A stretch of 64,000 nucleotides of DNA, from IMG/VR virus record IMGVR_UViG_3300024239_000014, positions 62,001 to 126,000 of that record, one strand, 5' to 3'. The translations under genes were made by a program, and so were the position numbers. Each line of letters opens with the position of its first letter. The first letter of the stretch is position 1. A model generated the notes under the pieces. That model was not told the origin of the DNA. It worked only from the letters and a program-made list of their open reading frames with translations, and did not search any database. Below are positions 1 to 9,251 of this stretch, one piece after another.

Positions 1-1287
1 GTCCACTTCCAACGACCGAGTGGTCGGTAAGATATCTCCCTTGAGCCGGTATACCGGCTTCTTCTTTGACACGTCTTCTTCATAGACATGGTCACTAATG
101 TCGGTAACTACCAGCGTATTCATCGCTGTACCGACGTCACCGCGAGCGTATTCGAGATAGGTATCGCGCAGCGCGTTCATTCGCAACTCGGCGTTCCACG
201 CCATCATGGGCGGATTAACTTGTTCCGTCAGGCTAACACCGCCGACGTATTCCAAGCTTTCCGTTACCCCAGGGCGATGTACATAACGAGATCCATGTTC
301 ACAAAGATCAGAATAGTTCTTTGCTGACAAGGTCCCCGAGAGGTTGCCAACGAACGGCGAGCCGTAAAGGCCCTTAGCAATCGATTCCTGATACGCTCGA
401 ATGCAATCCAGTACAGGCTCAGGTTCCTTCAGGAACAAAACAGCGAAGCTGCCGCTAGATTGCACTTTACCGTGGTCTTCATCGTCCTTGCCGTGTTTAC
501 CGGTATAGTAGATGTGGCGACCATCGGGTGCCAAACGTGCTTGGTTCGACATAGTCGAGAAGTACCAAGCATTCTGGCAAAACAACCGGTTATAATCCGC
601 CTTGAAGTTCCAGTAACCTTTAGCCGGCTTATACGTTGTGACGGGCTCCAACAAACCCTTACTGGCCAAGATCAACCCACGAGTCGCTTGGTTATCGGCC
701 GTGTCGTTACCGAGATTGCCCGAATGCCCCATGACCCAATACATCTGAACCGGAACTTTCTTGTCATCGAGTTGTCCGACCAACCCGTAGATCTTTTTCC
801 AGTATTCGACATTCTGGACCGGGATACCACCACCCTTGCACCAGTTATTCTTCACCCACTTGTGCATGTGGTTCAGCGTACCTTCAAGGACGTACTTGCT
901 ATCGGCCGCAACGACCACCGAACGCACTTCATTTTCCAGTGCCACTGTCAGGGCTGAAATCATCCCTTCAAGTTCACCGATGTTATTCGTGCCGTTGGGT
1001 ACAGGTACATGGGAGTCTACCATGACCAACGGTTTGACCACCCTGGCACCCATGCTGATTAGTTCAGCCAGATTGTTTTCATCCACATAGCCGTGGGTGG
1101 TCGGCGTTTCTTTCTTGGCGGGTGGTTCTTTGACCAACACTTCCAATTCTTCGCCTGGACTTGTTGCGTAAATATACGCATGCAGACCACCGCCTGCCAT
1201 CGGCGGTGTCCACCGGCACCCGCCATCAGAATACGCCACCAAATGGAGCGTCTTCCCTGCTTCGAGTGCTTTTGTCAATTCGCTCAT
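1..1287 (-). CDS. rnhA: Ribonuclease HI with long C-terminal extension (partial, runs off window start)
   Basis: Not in the ORF track. Hand translation from ATG at 1287 stays open to base 1: LVAYSDGGC..TNNIGELEG..VAADSKYVLEG..KWVKNNW..WVMGHSGNLGNDTAD, which are the D-E-D-H-D catalytic motifs of RNase HI. Confidence 0.9.
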   Translation of the reverse strand, partial: MSELTKALEAGKTLHLVAYSDGGCRWTPPMAGGGLHAYIYATSPGEELEVLVKEPPAKKETPTTHGYVDENNLAELISMGARVVKPLVMVDSHVPVPNGTNNIGELEGMISALTVALENEVRSVVVAADSKYVLEGTLNHMHKWVKNNWCKGGGIPVQNVEYWKKIYGLVGQLDDKKVPVQMYWVMGHSGNLGNDTADNQATRGLILASKGLLEPVTTYKPAKGYWNFKADYNRLFCQNAWYFSTMSNQARLAPDGRHIYYTGKHGKDDEDHGKVQSSGSFAVLFLKEPEPVLDCIRAYQESIAKGLYGSPFVGNLSGTLSAKNYSDLCEHGSRYVHRPGVTESLEYVGGVSLTEQVNPPMMAWNAELRMNALRDTYLEYARGDVGTAMNTLVVTDISDHVYEEDVSKKKPVYRLKGDILPTTRSLEVD

Positions 1288-1335
1288 GTAAAGCTCCACT
1301 GATTACGCCTACAGATTATCCGTCGACGTAAAGAC

Positions 1336-1818
1336 TTACCGGACACAAGTTTTCAACCAATCTTGATACGCCTTTGCCAGCGCAGCGTCGTAATCAATAA
1401 TGTGTTTCTTCAAGTCCAGTATGTAGTACTTCATGGCCAGGATAACTTCACGATCATCGCGAATATCTGACACCTTACCAATCACAGGCATCTGTGGCCG
1501 CTGTGGTGGTGTAAATTCCTTTGTACAGCTCATGCCGGCAGCTTGGGGTGGGGTGACAACCTTAGGAGTCGGCAAAGGTTCTATGGCCACGCGGTGGCGT
1601 TTCAGGTAATCGATGTAAGCATCCAGCTCAGCGACGTAAGCGGCGCTTTCATCGTGGTAATAAGTACCTTCAGGCAAACCTTCATTGGAAACTGGGACTG
1701 GGGGTGATAACAATTCGGCAGGATAAGCCGTATCAACTTGGCGATAATCAACGTGACTCTGAGGAGACAGTGTACAACCGGAGAGAAGAGCGATCGCAGC
1801 AAGAATAACAGCTTTCAT
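1336..1818 (-). CDS. Lipoprotein, o-spanin-like
   Basis: MKAVILAAIALLSGC is a signal peptide II with lipobox LSGC. Pro-rich; overlaps the upstream TM/coiled-coil gene by 4 nt. Confidence 0.6.
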   Translation of the reverse strand: MKAVILAAIALLSGCTLSPQSHVDYRQVDTAYPAELLSPPVPVSNEGLPEGTYYHDESAAYVAELDAYIDYLKRHRVAIEPLPTPKVVTPPQAAGMSCTKEFTPPQRPQMPVIGKVSDIRDDREVILAMKYYILDLKKHIIDYDAALAKAYQDWLKTCVR

Positions 1819-2360
1819 TTGGCACCTTCGGTCAATTCGTTGTACACGTCCGCACCGACCCCTTTCTTCTTAGGCGTCGAAGGAGTGGTTGTTGTGCAGA
1901 GCTTGCGCTTACGGAGTTCTGCTTCCATGCGAGCATTATCGCTCACCAGGATTGACAGATCCTGATTCATTTTGGCGTTTTCCAAAAGCGCCGTGCTCAA
2001 TTCACGTTCTTTATCTTCCAGCTCGAGTTCGAGCTCACGCGACTTAGTTTCATGCGCATCAGCTCTAAGTACCGTGGCTTCGAACTTTCCTCTCAACTCG
2101 GTGTACTTTTCGGTTTGTTCGTGAAGCTGCGTCTGTAGGCGTTCTTGCTGGAGCTTAGCCTCACTGCTTGCTTCCAACAGATTCACCTTTTCAAAGAAGT
2201 ACCAGGCGCCACTGGCGATGATGATGGCAATCAGGGTGGTGACTACCGGCATCAGTCTGTTCTTGGTGCGCCCGGCATTGGGGTACGCATCGGATGAATA
2301 AATCTCACTTACGTAAGCCTTAACCGCGGGCACCCACTTGAGAAACGCAAAAATATCCAT
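1815..2360 (-). CDS. Single-TM coiled-coil protein, i-spanin-like
   Basis: Probable start MDIFAF at 2360 (GAGGG SD). TM LMPVVTTLIAIIIASGAWYFF, then a long coiled coil and a C-terminal Cys. Confidence 0.55.
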   Translation of the reverse strand: MDIFAFLKWVPAVKAYVSEIYSSDAYPNAGRTKNRLMPVVTTLIAIIIASGAWYFFEKVNLLEASSEAKLQQERLQTQLHEQTEKYTELRGKFEATVLRADAHETKSRELELELEDKERELSTALLENAKMNQDLSILVSDNARMEAELRKRKLCTTTTPSTPKKKGVGADVYNELTEGAK

Positions 2361-2476
2361 AGGCGTGCCCTCATGGTATGGTTTTAAGTAGTTCAGCCCA
2401 TATAAAATCGAGCCATTTGTGCGAGTCATGGGTACAACTTACTGTTATCGATTCCGGGTGCATAAGCGAGGAACAC

Positions 2477-3877
2477 ATGATCACCGGCTTCATCCAATAT
2501 ACATCATTGCACGACCATGTTTCAGGTAACGTGGCCGTCTTGGGCGAACTGTCTGAATACAGCGCCACATACGCCATCGAGAACACCGTTCACGATATTC
2601 CCGCTACCTATCCGGGGATTCAGTTTGTCTCGTTCCGCAACCGTGGCCGGATCACCAATCCGGTACCCGCCGCGCCAACGTACGATCAGGTAAACCGCAT
2701 CCTTCAGATCGCTCACTGGATCTATGAAGAAGCGTCCGGCGGGTTCTTTACCGACGACCGTACAACCGCACTCCAGGCCTTCATGGCTGAATTTGATGCA
2801 GTGGGTACGGAATTCTCCATTGGTCAGATGGTGACCAACGGCAGCATTTATATGCCGGAATGGGTCTCCTGGAAAAACGTCGTCGACGATGGTAGCGGTA
2901 ACATGATTCCGAGTACACCGTTTAAGGTGTGGCTCTGTGATCAATCATTCCGTAACCAGTACAGCCAGTACGACATCGCGTTTGTCCCACCGGTCGCCAA
3001 CCTTGATGTACTCCACGGTTCCCGTACCCAGGTGCAAACCGCCCTGGGCGCCAAGACCATGGCACAGCTGATGCGTGACATCAAAGCCATCAAGAACAAG
3101 AACCCTGATACCGAGGTACAGACCCTCGAATACGAATGGGTCGATAAACTCGACCCTACCTTCAAGATCATGACCAATTGGTCGGTGATCATCTGGGGTG
3201 CAGCTGCGTTTAACGAAGACATCATCCGCGACGAGATGATGGAGTATATCCTGGATAACTCCACTTTCCCGCGGTCTGAATGGGAAGCAGTTCTTCCGGA
3301 CATGTTTGTGTCGACGGAGTTCCTCTTCGTTCCGAATTGGGACCAATACGCTATCCCAAACCAGACACTCCAGACAGGGATCTATTCGCCACTGGCTAAG
3401 CCGGGCGAGCTGGAGTTGCTTGGTGTTAAAGGGATGCCAGCGCTGTCGGAAGCACATCGTTCAGCGTACTTGCGTGCCGGGGTACACCCGTACCGCAGTA
3501 TTGGTTTTGTGGTTTGCGGCGGTGAACGCAATCTCAACGCTGTGTACGATTTTTCAGCCAAGTTCCCTGACTACTTCACCGTGCAGTCCACCACCCACGT
3601 CGACTTCAACCGCATGAGCCCTTCAACCCAGCAATGGTACATGAAGTTCAGCCAGGCGCTTAATGAAGCCGAGAAGATGGACGAGTCGTCAGAAGTCCCA
3701 CAAGGCTTTTCGCGTCTGACCCGTAACAACCTTTACTACATCAGCTTCAACTTCGAGCGCGTGCAGTATCTGGTGTTGCTCAAGAAGGGTCAGTCGGCCG
3801 ATACGCCCATCCCATCCGACTTCACCGGTTGGCTGCGCGTTGATGGGACGTGGGTACAGCATACCTCCGGGGGTTAA
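2477..3877 (+). CDS. Putative virion structural protein (jumbo-phage type)
   Basis: Long clean ORF; start MITGFIQ after GAGGA. Position between RNase H and SbcC resembles phiKZ-like structural genes; function is inference. Confidence 0.6.
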   Translation: MITGFIQYTSLHDHVSGNVAVLGELSEYSATYAIENTVHDIPATYPGIQFVSFRNRGRITNPVPAAPTYDQVNRILQIAHWIYEEASGGFFTDDRTTALQAFMAEFDAVGTEFSIGQMVTNGSIYMPEWVSWKNVVDDGSGNMIPSTPFKVWLCDQSFRNQYSQYDIAFVPPVANLDVLHGSRTQVQTALGAKTMAQLMRDIKAIKNKNPDTEVQTLEYEWVDKLDPTFKIMTNWSVIIWGAAAFNEDIIRDEMMEYILDNSTFPRSEWEAVLPDMFVSTEFLFVPNWDQYAIPNQTLQTGIYSPLAKPGELELLGVKGMPALSEAHRSAYLRAGVHPYRSIGFVVCGGERNLNAVYDFSAKFPDYFTVQSTTHVDFNRMSPSTQQWYMKFSQALNEAEKMDESSEVPQGFSRLTRNNLYYISFNFERVQYLVLLKKGQSADTPIPSDFTGWLRVDGTWVQHTSGG

Positions 3878-3880
3878 TAG

Positions 3881-4492
3881 ATGCCAAGACGGACACCGCC
3901 ACTCAATACCGTTGGTCGGTATGAGCTTAATACACCCTGGCTGGCACAAACAACAAAGGTCTACACCTGTAAGGCCATTCGTACGTTTGACGACCTGCGG
4001 GCCCGTTCGATTGATCCGTTCAAATTTGCGTATCAACCTTACGGCGCCACTGACTCGGTTTACCAATCAGACCTGACTGAACGGGCAGCAATCGTTACCC
4101 TGATGTCGGCTGATGGCGAAATCATTTACGTACCAGATACACAGATTGTTAGTTACCCGAACATGGGTGATTATCATTATCGCCATCTGGTCTTGAGTGT
4201 TTCGCTCGGTGCCGTGCCTGATTCGTTGTCACTCGAGTGGTTGATGGAACAAATCAGTGAAACTACGCGATTGACCGTAGGGATCACTCCTGCGGTGAAC
4301 TTGCATGAAGCGCTGGTGCGTGATGCCATCGACCCAGTCGAACACGAGCAAATCCAAGCAGCCCGTGCTGCGGCGATTACCAACACCGTGACCTACAAGG
4401 CTCAGGTCGAAACCCTGACTCGAGTAGTGAACGAGCAAGCCGCTCGGTTGGCCGCATACGAGCAAAAGATGCGCGACGAAGGCCTACTGTAA
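3881..4492 (+). CDS. Hypothetical, probably virion-associated, C-terminal coiled coil
   Basis: 203 aa, starts 3 nt after the previous stop, followed by a hairpin. Confidence 0.6.
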   Translation: MPRRTPPLNTVGRYELNTPWLAQTTKVYTCKAIRTFDDLRARSIDPFKFAYQPYGATDSVYQSDLTERAAIVTLMSADGEIIYVPDTQIVSYPNMGDYHYRHLVLSVSLGAVPDSLSLEWLMEQISETTRLTVGITPAVNLHEALVRDAIDPVEHEQIQAARAAAITNTVTYKAQVETLTRVVNEQAARLAAYEQKMRDEGLL

Positions 4493-4504
4493 CCAAAAAA
4501 AAAA

Positions 4505-4537
4505 GAGCCCAGGGATTTACCCCTGGGCTCTATGCCG
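4505..4537. terminator. Bidirectional hairpin terminator with TATGCCG tail
   Basis: GAGCCCAGGG-ATTTAC-CCCTGGGCTC, A-run on the left and TATGCCG on the right, between convergent genes. Confidence 0.8.
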
Positions 4538-4538
4538 T

Positions 4539-5036
4539 TTACCAAGGGTCTTTGACGACCTGAACTTTCGGCTTCGGTGCCATGGGACGCAACACCGAAC
4601 AATGCATCGGCAAGTGGTTCAGGATGATCTTGCTGACACAGCTACCTTGCAGCGAATCGCACTCGCGTGTCCAACGGGCAGCGTAATCGTACGCTTCTTC
4701 GCGCTCGATGTCGCATTCGGCCAATTGCCGGTACGCTTGATCCACGTAGTCGTAAATCAAACGATCACTGGGATACTGGAGCACAAACCCTTGGTTACCG
4801 GCCACACACCACTTGAGGAAACTGATACAATCAATGTGGTATACCAGTTGTACGATTTTCCCACTGATCATCGCATCGTTGATCTCCTTGCGGAAATCAT
4901 GGTGGGAACGCGATGCATCGTAACGGATAATCGCCACTTCACGGTTTCCGATGCGAGTACGTTCCATGCCAGGCCAAACTACCATCAGGTAGGGTTTCAG
5001 TGTGCTGGTGGTCTGTGTAATCTTAGTCGCTTTCAT
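4539..5036 (-). CDS. Hypothetical protein
   Basis: 165 aa, AAGGA SD upstream, ends at the hairpin. Confidence 0.7.
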   Translation of the reverse strand: MKATKITQTTSTLKPYLMVVWPGMERTRIGNREVAIIRYDASRSHHDFRKEINDAMISGKIVQLVYHIDCISFLKWCVAGNQGFVLQYPSDRLIYDYVDQAYRQLAECDIEREEAYDYAARWTRECDSLQGSCVSKIILNHLPMHCSVLRPMAPKPKVQVVKDPW

Positions 5037-5082
5037 GTGTCGGGGTCCTTTTTATTGTTGGCGGCGGAGATTCACAGAGAGG

Positions 5083-5100
5083 ATATAGGTCTGAGAATCC
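5083..5100 (-). promoter_or_regulatory. Candidate phage promoter motif (minus strand GGATTCTCAGACCTATAT)
   Basis: Intergenic; 12-bp exact match plus AATCC to the site at 43544-43560. Confidence 0.45.
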
Positions 5101-5117
5101 GTCGATTCGGGAATAAA

Positions 5118-5137
5118 GAGAGCCCCGAAGGGCTCTC
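5118..5137 (-). terminator. Hairpin terminator after sbcC
   Basis: Minus strand GAGAGCCC-TTCG-GGGCTCTC-TTTATT; UUCG loop. Confidence 0.75.
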
Positions 5138-7607
5138 ATTCGATTTTCACGTGCTTGTTGTGCTGACGGGGTACGTGAATGTTCTCGCCGTCGATTACGC
5201 AGATTTCTGCATTCTCCATGGCAGCGTGTGTGGAGGCATAATGCGAAATGTAAAAGCACTGTGACGCTTTACCCATATCCACATAGTCCTTTACAAACGC
5301 CAGTACTGCTGAACGATGGGTCTCATCGAAAGAAGCACCGAGTTCATCCAAGTACAACGGCCAGTCGGTATGTTTCAAATACAGACCTACCGTCAGCTTA
5401 AATGCAAAGTCAATGACATCGCGTTGTGCTTCAGAGCCGCACGACACGTCAGGCGCCGTGTAACGTTCATCTGCCATTTCAATGGGGAAGTTGTAGTCCA
5501 ATTCACCGTCTTGTAAACCACACGGCAGTACCCGTAACGGGTACGTCCAAATGCGTTCCAAGATTTGGTTCATCTTTTCTACAAAGCAACCAATGAATCC
5601 GGAGATCTGTTCAGCAATCAACCCGTCTGTGGGAGAAAGCTCATCGAGCAGTTTCGCATATGCCACCTCCTGGGCCTTCAGTGATACCACAGAGGCATCG
5701 AGGTCTTTGACAATACCGATAGCTACCTTCTGTTGTCCCAAGCGGTTAACGAGCACACCAAGCTGGTTGTGGTGTCCTTCAATACAGCGCTCAATCGCCA
5801 GGTTTCGGAGTTCGCGTAACTTACCATCCAGGTAGTCGGCCACTTCTTTTTTGGTAACATTGACCGAGGTCTGGTTCTGTGACATTAACCGGAAGTTAGT
5901 GGCAATGTCTCCCCAGTAACGTTCCTCTTGCTGTAACTGTTCCAGAAGTTTAGTCTTCTCTTCAATCCCAGCATGTAGCGCATGTCCACGATCACTGACA
6001 TTATTCACGTCCTGATCATTGACCGCGTCGAGTCGAGCAATGGTTTCCTCGATTTCAGCAATGCGAGCCTTGAGTTGCTCACGGCGGTGTTCATTGATTA
6101 GCGCCACCTTCCATTGATGCACAACAGAAACCAATGACCGAGGAGAACAGAACGGGAATCCGCGTTCTGCCATGTAATCCCACAACCCACGATGGAGTGG
6201 GAAGCTGCGGCAGTAACCGCGCATTTCCGTTAACGCACCTTCAAATGCCACCTGAGCTTCAGCTAACCGCTTCTTCTCACCGAGTAGGGTTTCTAATTCA
6301 GTCACCTTTACCTTGGCGTTATCAAGAAACTCACCTAGTTGTTGGAGTTCGTTAGGTCGCATACCTACGATAAACCGGTGATTGCAGTTAGGACAAGTTT
6401 CGGCCTTTGCTGTTTCCAGCGTGTCAATGCGGATTGATGCTCGTCCCGACTGATCCCGTAACTTGATTAGTTGCATTTCCAACGATTCGATTTCCTGTCG
6501 AGTCGCTTCGATGCTACTGCGATCAAACCCGCCAGTACCGCTGGTGGGGTCTGGCATGTGCGTAAGAATATCGCACACTTTCATTGCCAGATTATCCAAC
6601 CCGTCTTCTTCGATGGCCATGCGGATTTGGTCGGGATACTTGAAGCGAGAATCCTGAGGAATTTGAGCCAACTCAGACGACAACTCGATTAAGCTCGCCT
6701 TTAATCCCTCCTTGTTCTCACCTTTGGTGCGGGCGATTTCAGCCATCTTCTTTTCGAGGTGGCCGTATTCTTCCAGCATCTGATCACGCAGTGCTGTCGT
6801 GGCTGCAATTCGCTTACCAACAGCGATGCGCTGTCCATCGATTTCTTCGTAACTGGCGCCGACCTTAGCGACAGTTTCACCGTTACCAAGCACACCCTTA
6901 GACTTTGTCGCAATGACATCAAGGAGATATGACAGGTAATCGTCACTCAGTTCCTGATTGGTCTGTGATAAATCACGGTTGGCCATCAAGACATTGAGTT
7001 CATCTTGCAGTAGGGTGACCTGTGTTTCCAGTGCCCGGTATTCTTCTTCCGGCATGAGTTTGGACGTTTCGCTTGCTAGCCGTCCTTCGGCGTGTTTGCG
7101 TGCACCAATCACATCGCGATACTGCGTCCGGAGTTTATTGTAGACACCTAGGGCGTAGCTTAAGTCAACCGGACAAAGTTCGGTGAATAGTTCGCGTCGC
7201 TTTGCCACTGACATGTGCTGAAACGTTACGGTACCGTTAAGCAAATCCAAGATGGTTGGTGTCAACCCGAAATAGCGCTTTACCAGTTCACGTTGGACAG
7301 TTGCTGTACCACCTTGGTTGAGCTGAACACCGTCGCACCAGAACTCGTGTTTCATCGTTGACTTGTTGATGCTCTTGATGATGTATTCTTGGCCGTTGTG
7401 TTCAATGACAACTTCCTTACCACCCATTGGGGCATAAGCGTTACTGTCAGCTGGCATCGGACTGAGTTCTTTGAGTACACTGGATTTGCCGCAACCATTT
7501 CTTCCTAGGATAACCTGGAGTGGCGAGGTGAAGGTAGCCGACAAATTACGGATGTTAGCCAATGCCAAGCGTCTGAATCCCTTGACCTGAAAAGACTTAA
7601 TGCGCAT
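5136..7607 (-). CDS. sbcC: SbcC/Rad50-like SMC ATPase
   Basis: Walker A GRNGCGKSS, long coiled coils, Zn-hook CPNC, signature-like GSEAQ, Walker B LYLDELG, H-loop SH. Confidence 0.92.
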   Translation of the reverse strand: MRIKSFQVKGFRRLALANIRNLSATFTSPLQVILGRNGCGKSSVLKELSPMPADSNAYAPMGGKEVVIEHNGQEYIIKSINKSTMKHEFWCDGVQLNQGGTATVQRELVKRYFGLTPTILDLLNGTVTFQHMSVAKRRELFTELCPVDLSYALGVYNKLRTQYRDVIGARKHAEGRLASETSKLMPEEEYRALETQVTLLQDELNVLMANRDLSQTNQELSDDYLSYLLDVIATKSKGVLGNGETVAKVGASYEEIDGQRIAVGKRIAATTALRDQMLEEYGHLEKKMAEIARTKGENKEGLKASLIELSSELAQIPQDSRFKYPDQIRMAIEEDGLDNLAMKVCDILTHMPDPTSGTGGFDRSSIEATRQEIESLEMQLIKLRDQSGRASIRIDTLETAKAETCPNCNHRFIVGMRPNELQQLGEFLDNAKVKVTELETLLGEKKRLAEAQVAFEGALTEMRGYCRSFPLHRGLWDYMAERGFPFCSPRSLVSVVHQWKVALINEHRREQLKARIAEIEETIARLDAVNDQDVNNVSDRGHALHAGIEEKTKLLEQLQQEERYWGDIATNFRLMSQNQTSVNVTKKEVADYLDGKLRELRNLAIERCIEGHHNQLGVLVNRLGQQKVAIGIVKDLDASVVSLKAQEVAYAKLLDELSPTDGLIAEQISGFIGCFVEKMNQILERIWTYPLRVLPCGLQDGELDYNFPIEMADERYTAPDVSCGSEAQRDVIDFAFKLTVGLYLKHTDWPLYLDELGASFDETHRSAVLAFVKDYVDMGKASQCFYISHYASTHAAMENAEICVIDGENIHVPRQHNKHVKIE

Positions 7608-7711
7608 GGAATTTACCCAAAACTGCCGTGTTATACATAGAGTAGTTTACCGTGTATTAGTTTACAGAGATCTTATCCGTATAGTGCAGCCTACTCATTT
7701 TGGAGTTATAC

Positions 7712-8296
7712 ATGGGTACTTTTTCTACTGTTTCGGTTGGAAATGACTTGGAGTTACCGCACTACACCCATGCCAATAACCCCATTGTGACGGCTTTGGC
7801 AGAAGACCCGCTTGCCGCGGCACTTTTCACGTCCTGCATTAACAACGATGATCCAGCCGGATCGTTCGTCGAGGCAATCAACACCCTCTTTGCTGAAGGA
7901 CTACTGAAGTACCGTTGGTTCGGTTGTAATGTCGACCTCGTGCGCGCTGCCGTGCTTTCTTTGCTGTATCGTCCGGAACACCCACTTTACCGGTCCCGGT
8001 ACATGATGCTTGAGGTATATCCGCCCACACCACTCAAGTGGCTCTTGGGTCAACGCTTGCAGGTTAGTGAGTTTTGCCATATCAATCTTCCACTGCCGCC
8101 CAGCGCTGACATCCGATACGTCCTAAGGACTTTCTGGAGTCAAAATAGCAAGCACATTGAATCCCTGTACGATGTTGGTATTCCCAAGGCTATCGTCGGT
8201 GATCTGGTGCGGGTAATGGCTTACCTATCTACCGGTTACGTACCTGATGTGTACGTGGCTGTAGCGGACAACGAACTTGTTGTCACGCTGAAATAA
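7712..8296 (+). CDS. Hypothetical protein
   Basis: ATG at 7712 after GGAG (ORF track starts at TTG 7700); divergent from sbcC. Confidence 0.6.
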   Translation: MGTFSTVSVGNDLELPHYTHANNPIVTALAEDPLAAALFTSCINNDDPAGSFVEAINTLFAEGLLKYRWFGCNVDLVRAAVLSLLYRPEHPLYRSRYMMLEVYPPTPLKWLLGQRLQVSEFCHINLPLPPSADIRYVLRTFWSQNSKHIESLYDVGIPKAIVGDLVRVMAYLSTGYVPDVYVAVADNELVVTLK

Positions 8297-8313
8297 CCTT
8301 CCTCGAGGTCTGT

Positions 8314-9210
8314 ATGAAAGTCAGTGTCTTCCGTCCGATCTCCATCGGCATCGTGACTGAAAACAAAGCATTGATGGCACACGACATCAAGGTAACCATT
8401 CCTGAAATCACTCCTTTCTTGGACGGTGAGTTGAAATCAGAGCCCACGAAGCATGAAGCCGAAGGCATTGATGCTGACGGGAACGCCTATCGTGAAGAAA
8501 TCGTGTCTGACAATTGCATCATAGCGACTTGGTTGCCGCGTGGTGGTAATCGCCAGACCCCACCGAATGTCCGTCGTGGTCAGCGGGTTCATGTGTACCA
8601 AGTAGGTGACACCGATAAGTATTATTGGGAGTACTTTGGTGCTGATGATGGGATGTTTCGTCTAGAAACAATCGTCCTTGCAATCAACAACAACCCAGAA
8701 GTTGAAAGCGAAGATACCGTTGATTTGACCAATTGCTATTATCTGGAAATTTCGACACACGCCCAGCACGTGACGTTCCAGACATGTAAGTCAAACAACG
8801 AACCCTTCGCCTACACCTTCCAGTTGAACACCAAAGACGGGTCGTTCACCATTACTGACGACATCGATAACTTTATCACCTTAAATAGCCCAGACCACAT
8901 CATCCGTATTCAAAACACAGATGGAACTTGGGCAGAGGTGAACCGTAAGAACATCAATGCGTACGCTCCTGATTCCATCACGATGGTGGCTGAGAAGAAC
9001 ATCACGTTCCAGTGTCAGGTGTTCACGGTCGAAGCAAAAAACAAGGTTGAAATCAGTACACCGATCACCCTGGTGTCTGACAAGATGTCTGTCGGCAGTG
9101 ATTTGTCAGTAGGCGGTAGCTTCACTCTAAGTGGTGGTGCCACCGTTGGTGGTGTCATTAATTGCCTGAAGCTTAATTCTACGCTGCCTATCACAGCGCC
9201 GAACGTGTAA
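8314..9210 (+). CDS. Putative baseplate central spike (OB-fold plus beta-helix, phiKZ gp164-like)
   Basis: N-terminal IGIV..ATWLP..PPNVRRGQRV and a C-terminal beta-rich Gly/Val repeat SVGSDLSVGGSFTLSGGATVGG; next to sbcC. Confidence 0.6.
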   Translation: MKVSVFRPISIGIVTENKALMAHDIKVTIPEITPFLDGELKSEPTKHEAEGIDADGNAYREEIVSDNCIIATWLPRGGNRQTPPNVRRGQRVHVYQVGDTDKYYWEYFGADDGMFRLETIVLAINNNPEVESEDTVDLTNCYYLEISTHAQHVTFQTCKSNNEPFAYTFQLNTKDGSFTITDDIDNFITLNSPDHIIRIQNTDGTWAEVNRKNINAYAPDSITMVAEKNITFQCQVFTVEAKNKVEISTPITLVSDKMSVGSDLSVGGSFTLSGGATVGGVINCLKLNSTLPITAPNV

Positions 9211-9215
9211 GCGGT

Positions 9216-9251
9216 CATACGGGAGGGCCAGAAGGCCCTCCCGTTATGCCG
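9216..9251. terminator. Bidirectional hairpin with CATA/TATGCCG flanks
   Basis: CGGGAGGGCC-AGAA-GGCCCTCCCG between convergent genes. Confidence 0.8.

Noticed and set aside
460-957. Plus-strand ORFs at 88, 460, 836 and 1093
   Set aside because: They are antisense to the RNase H gene that the track missed.
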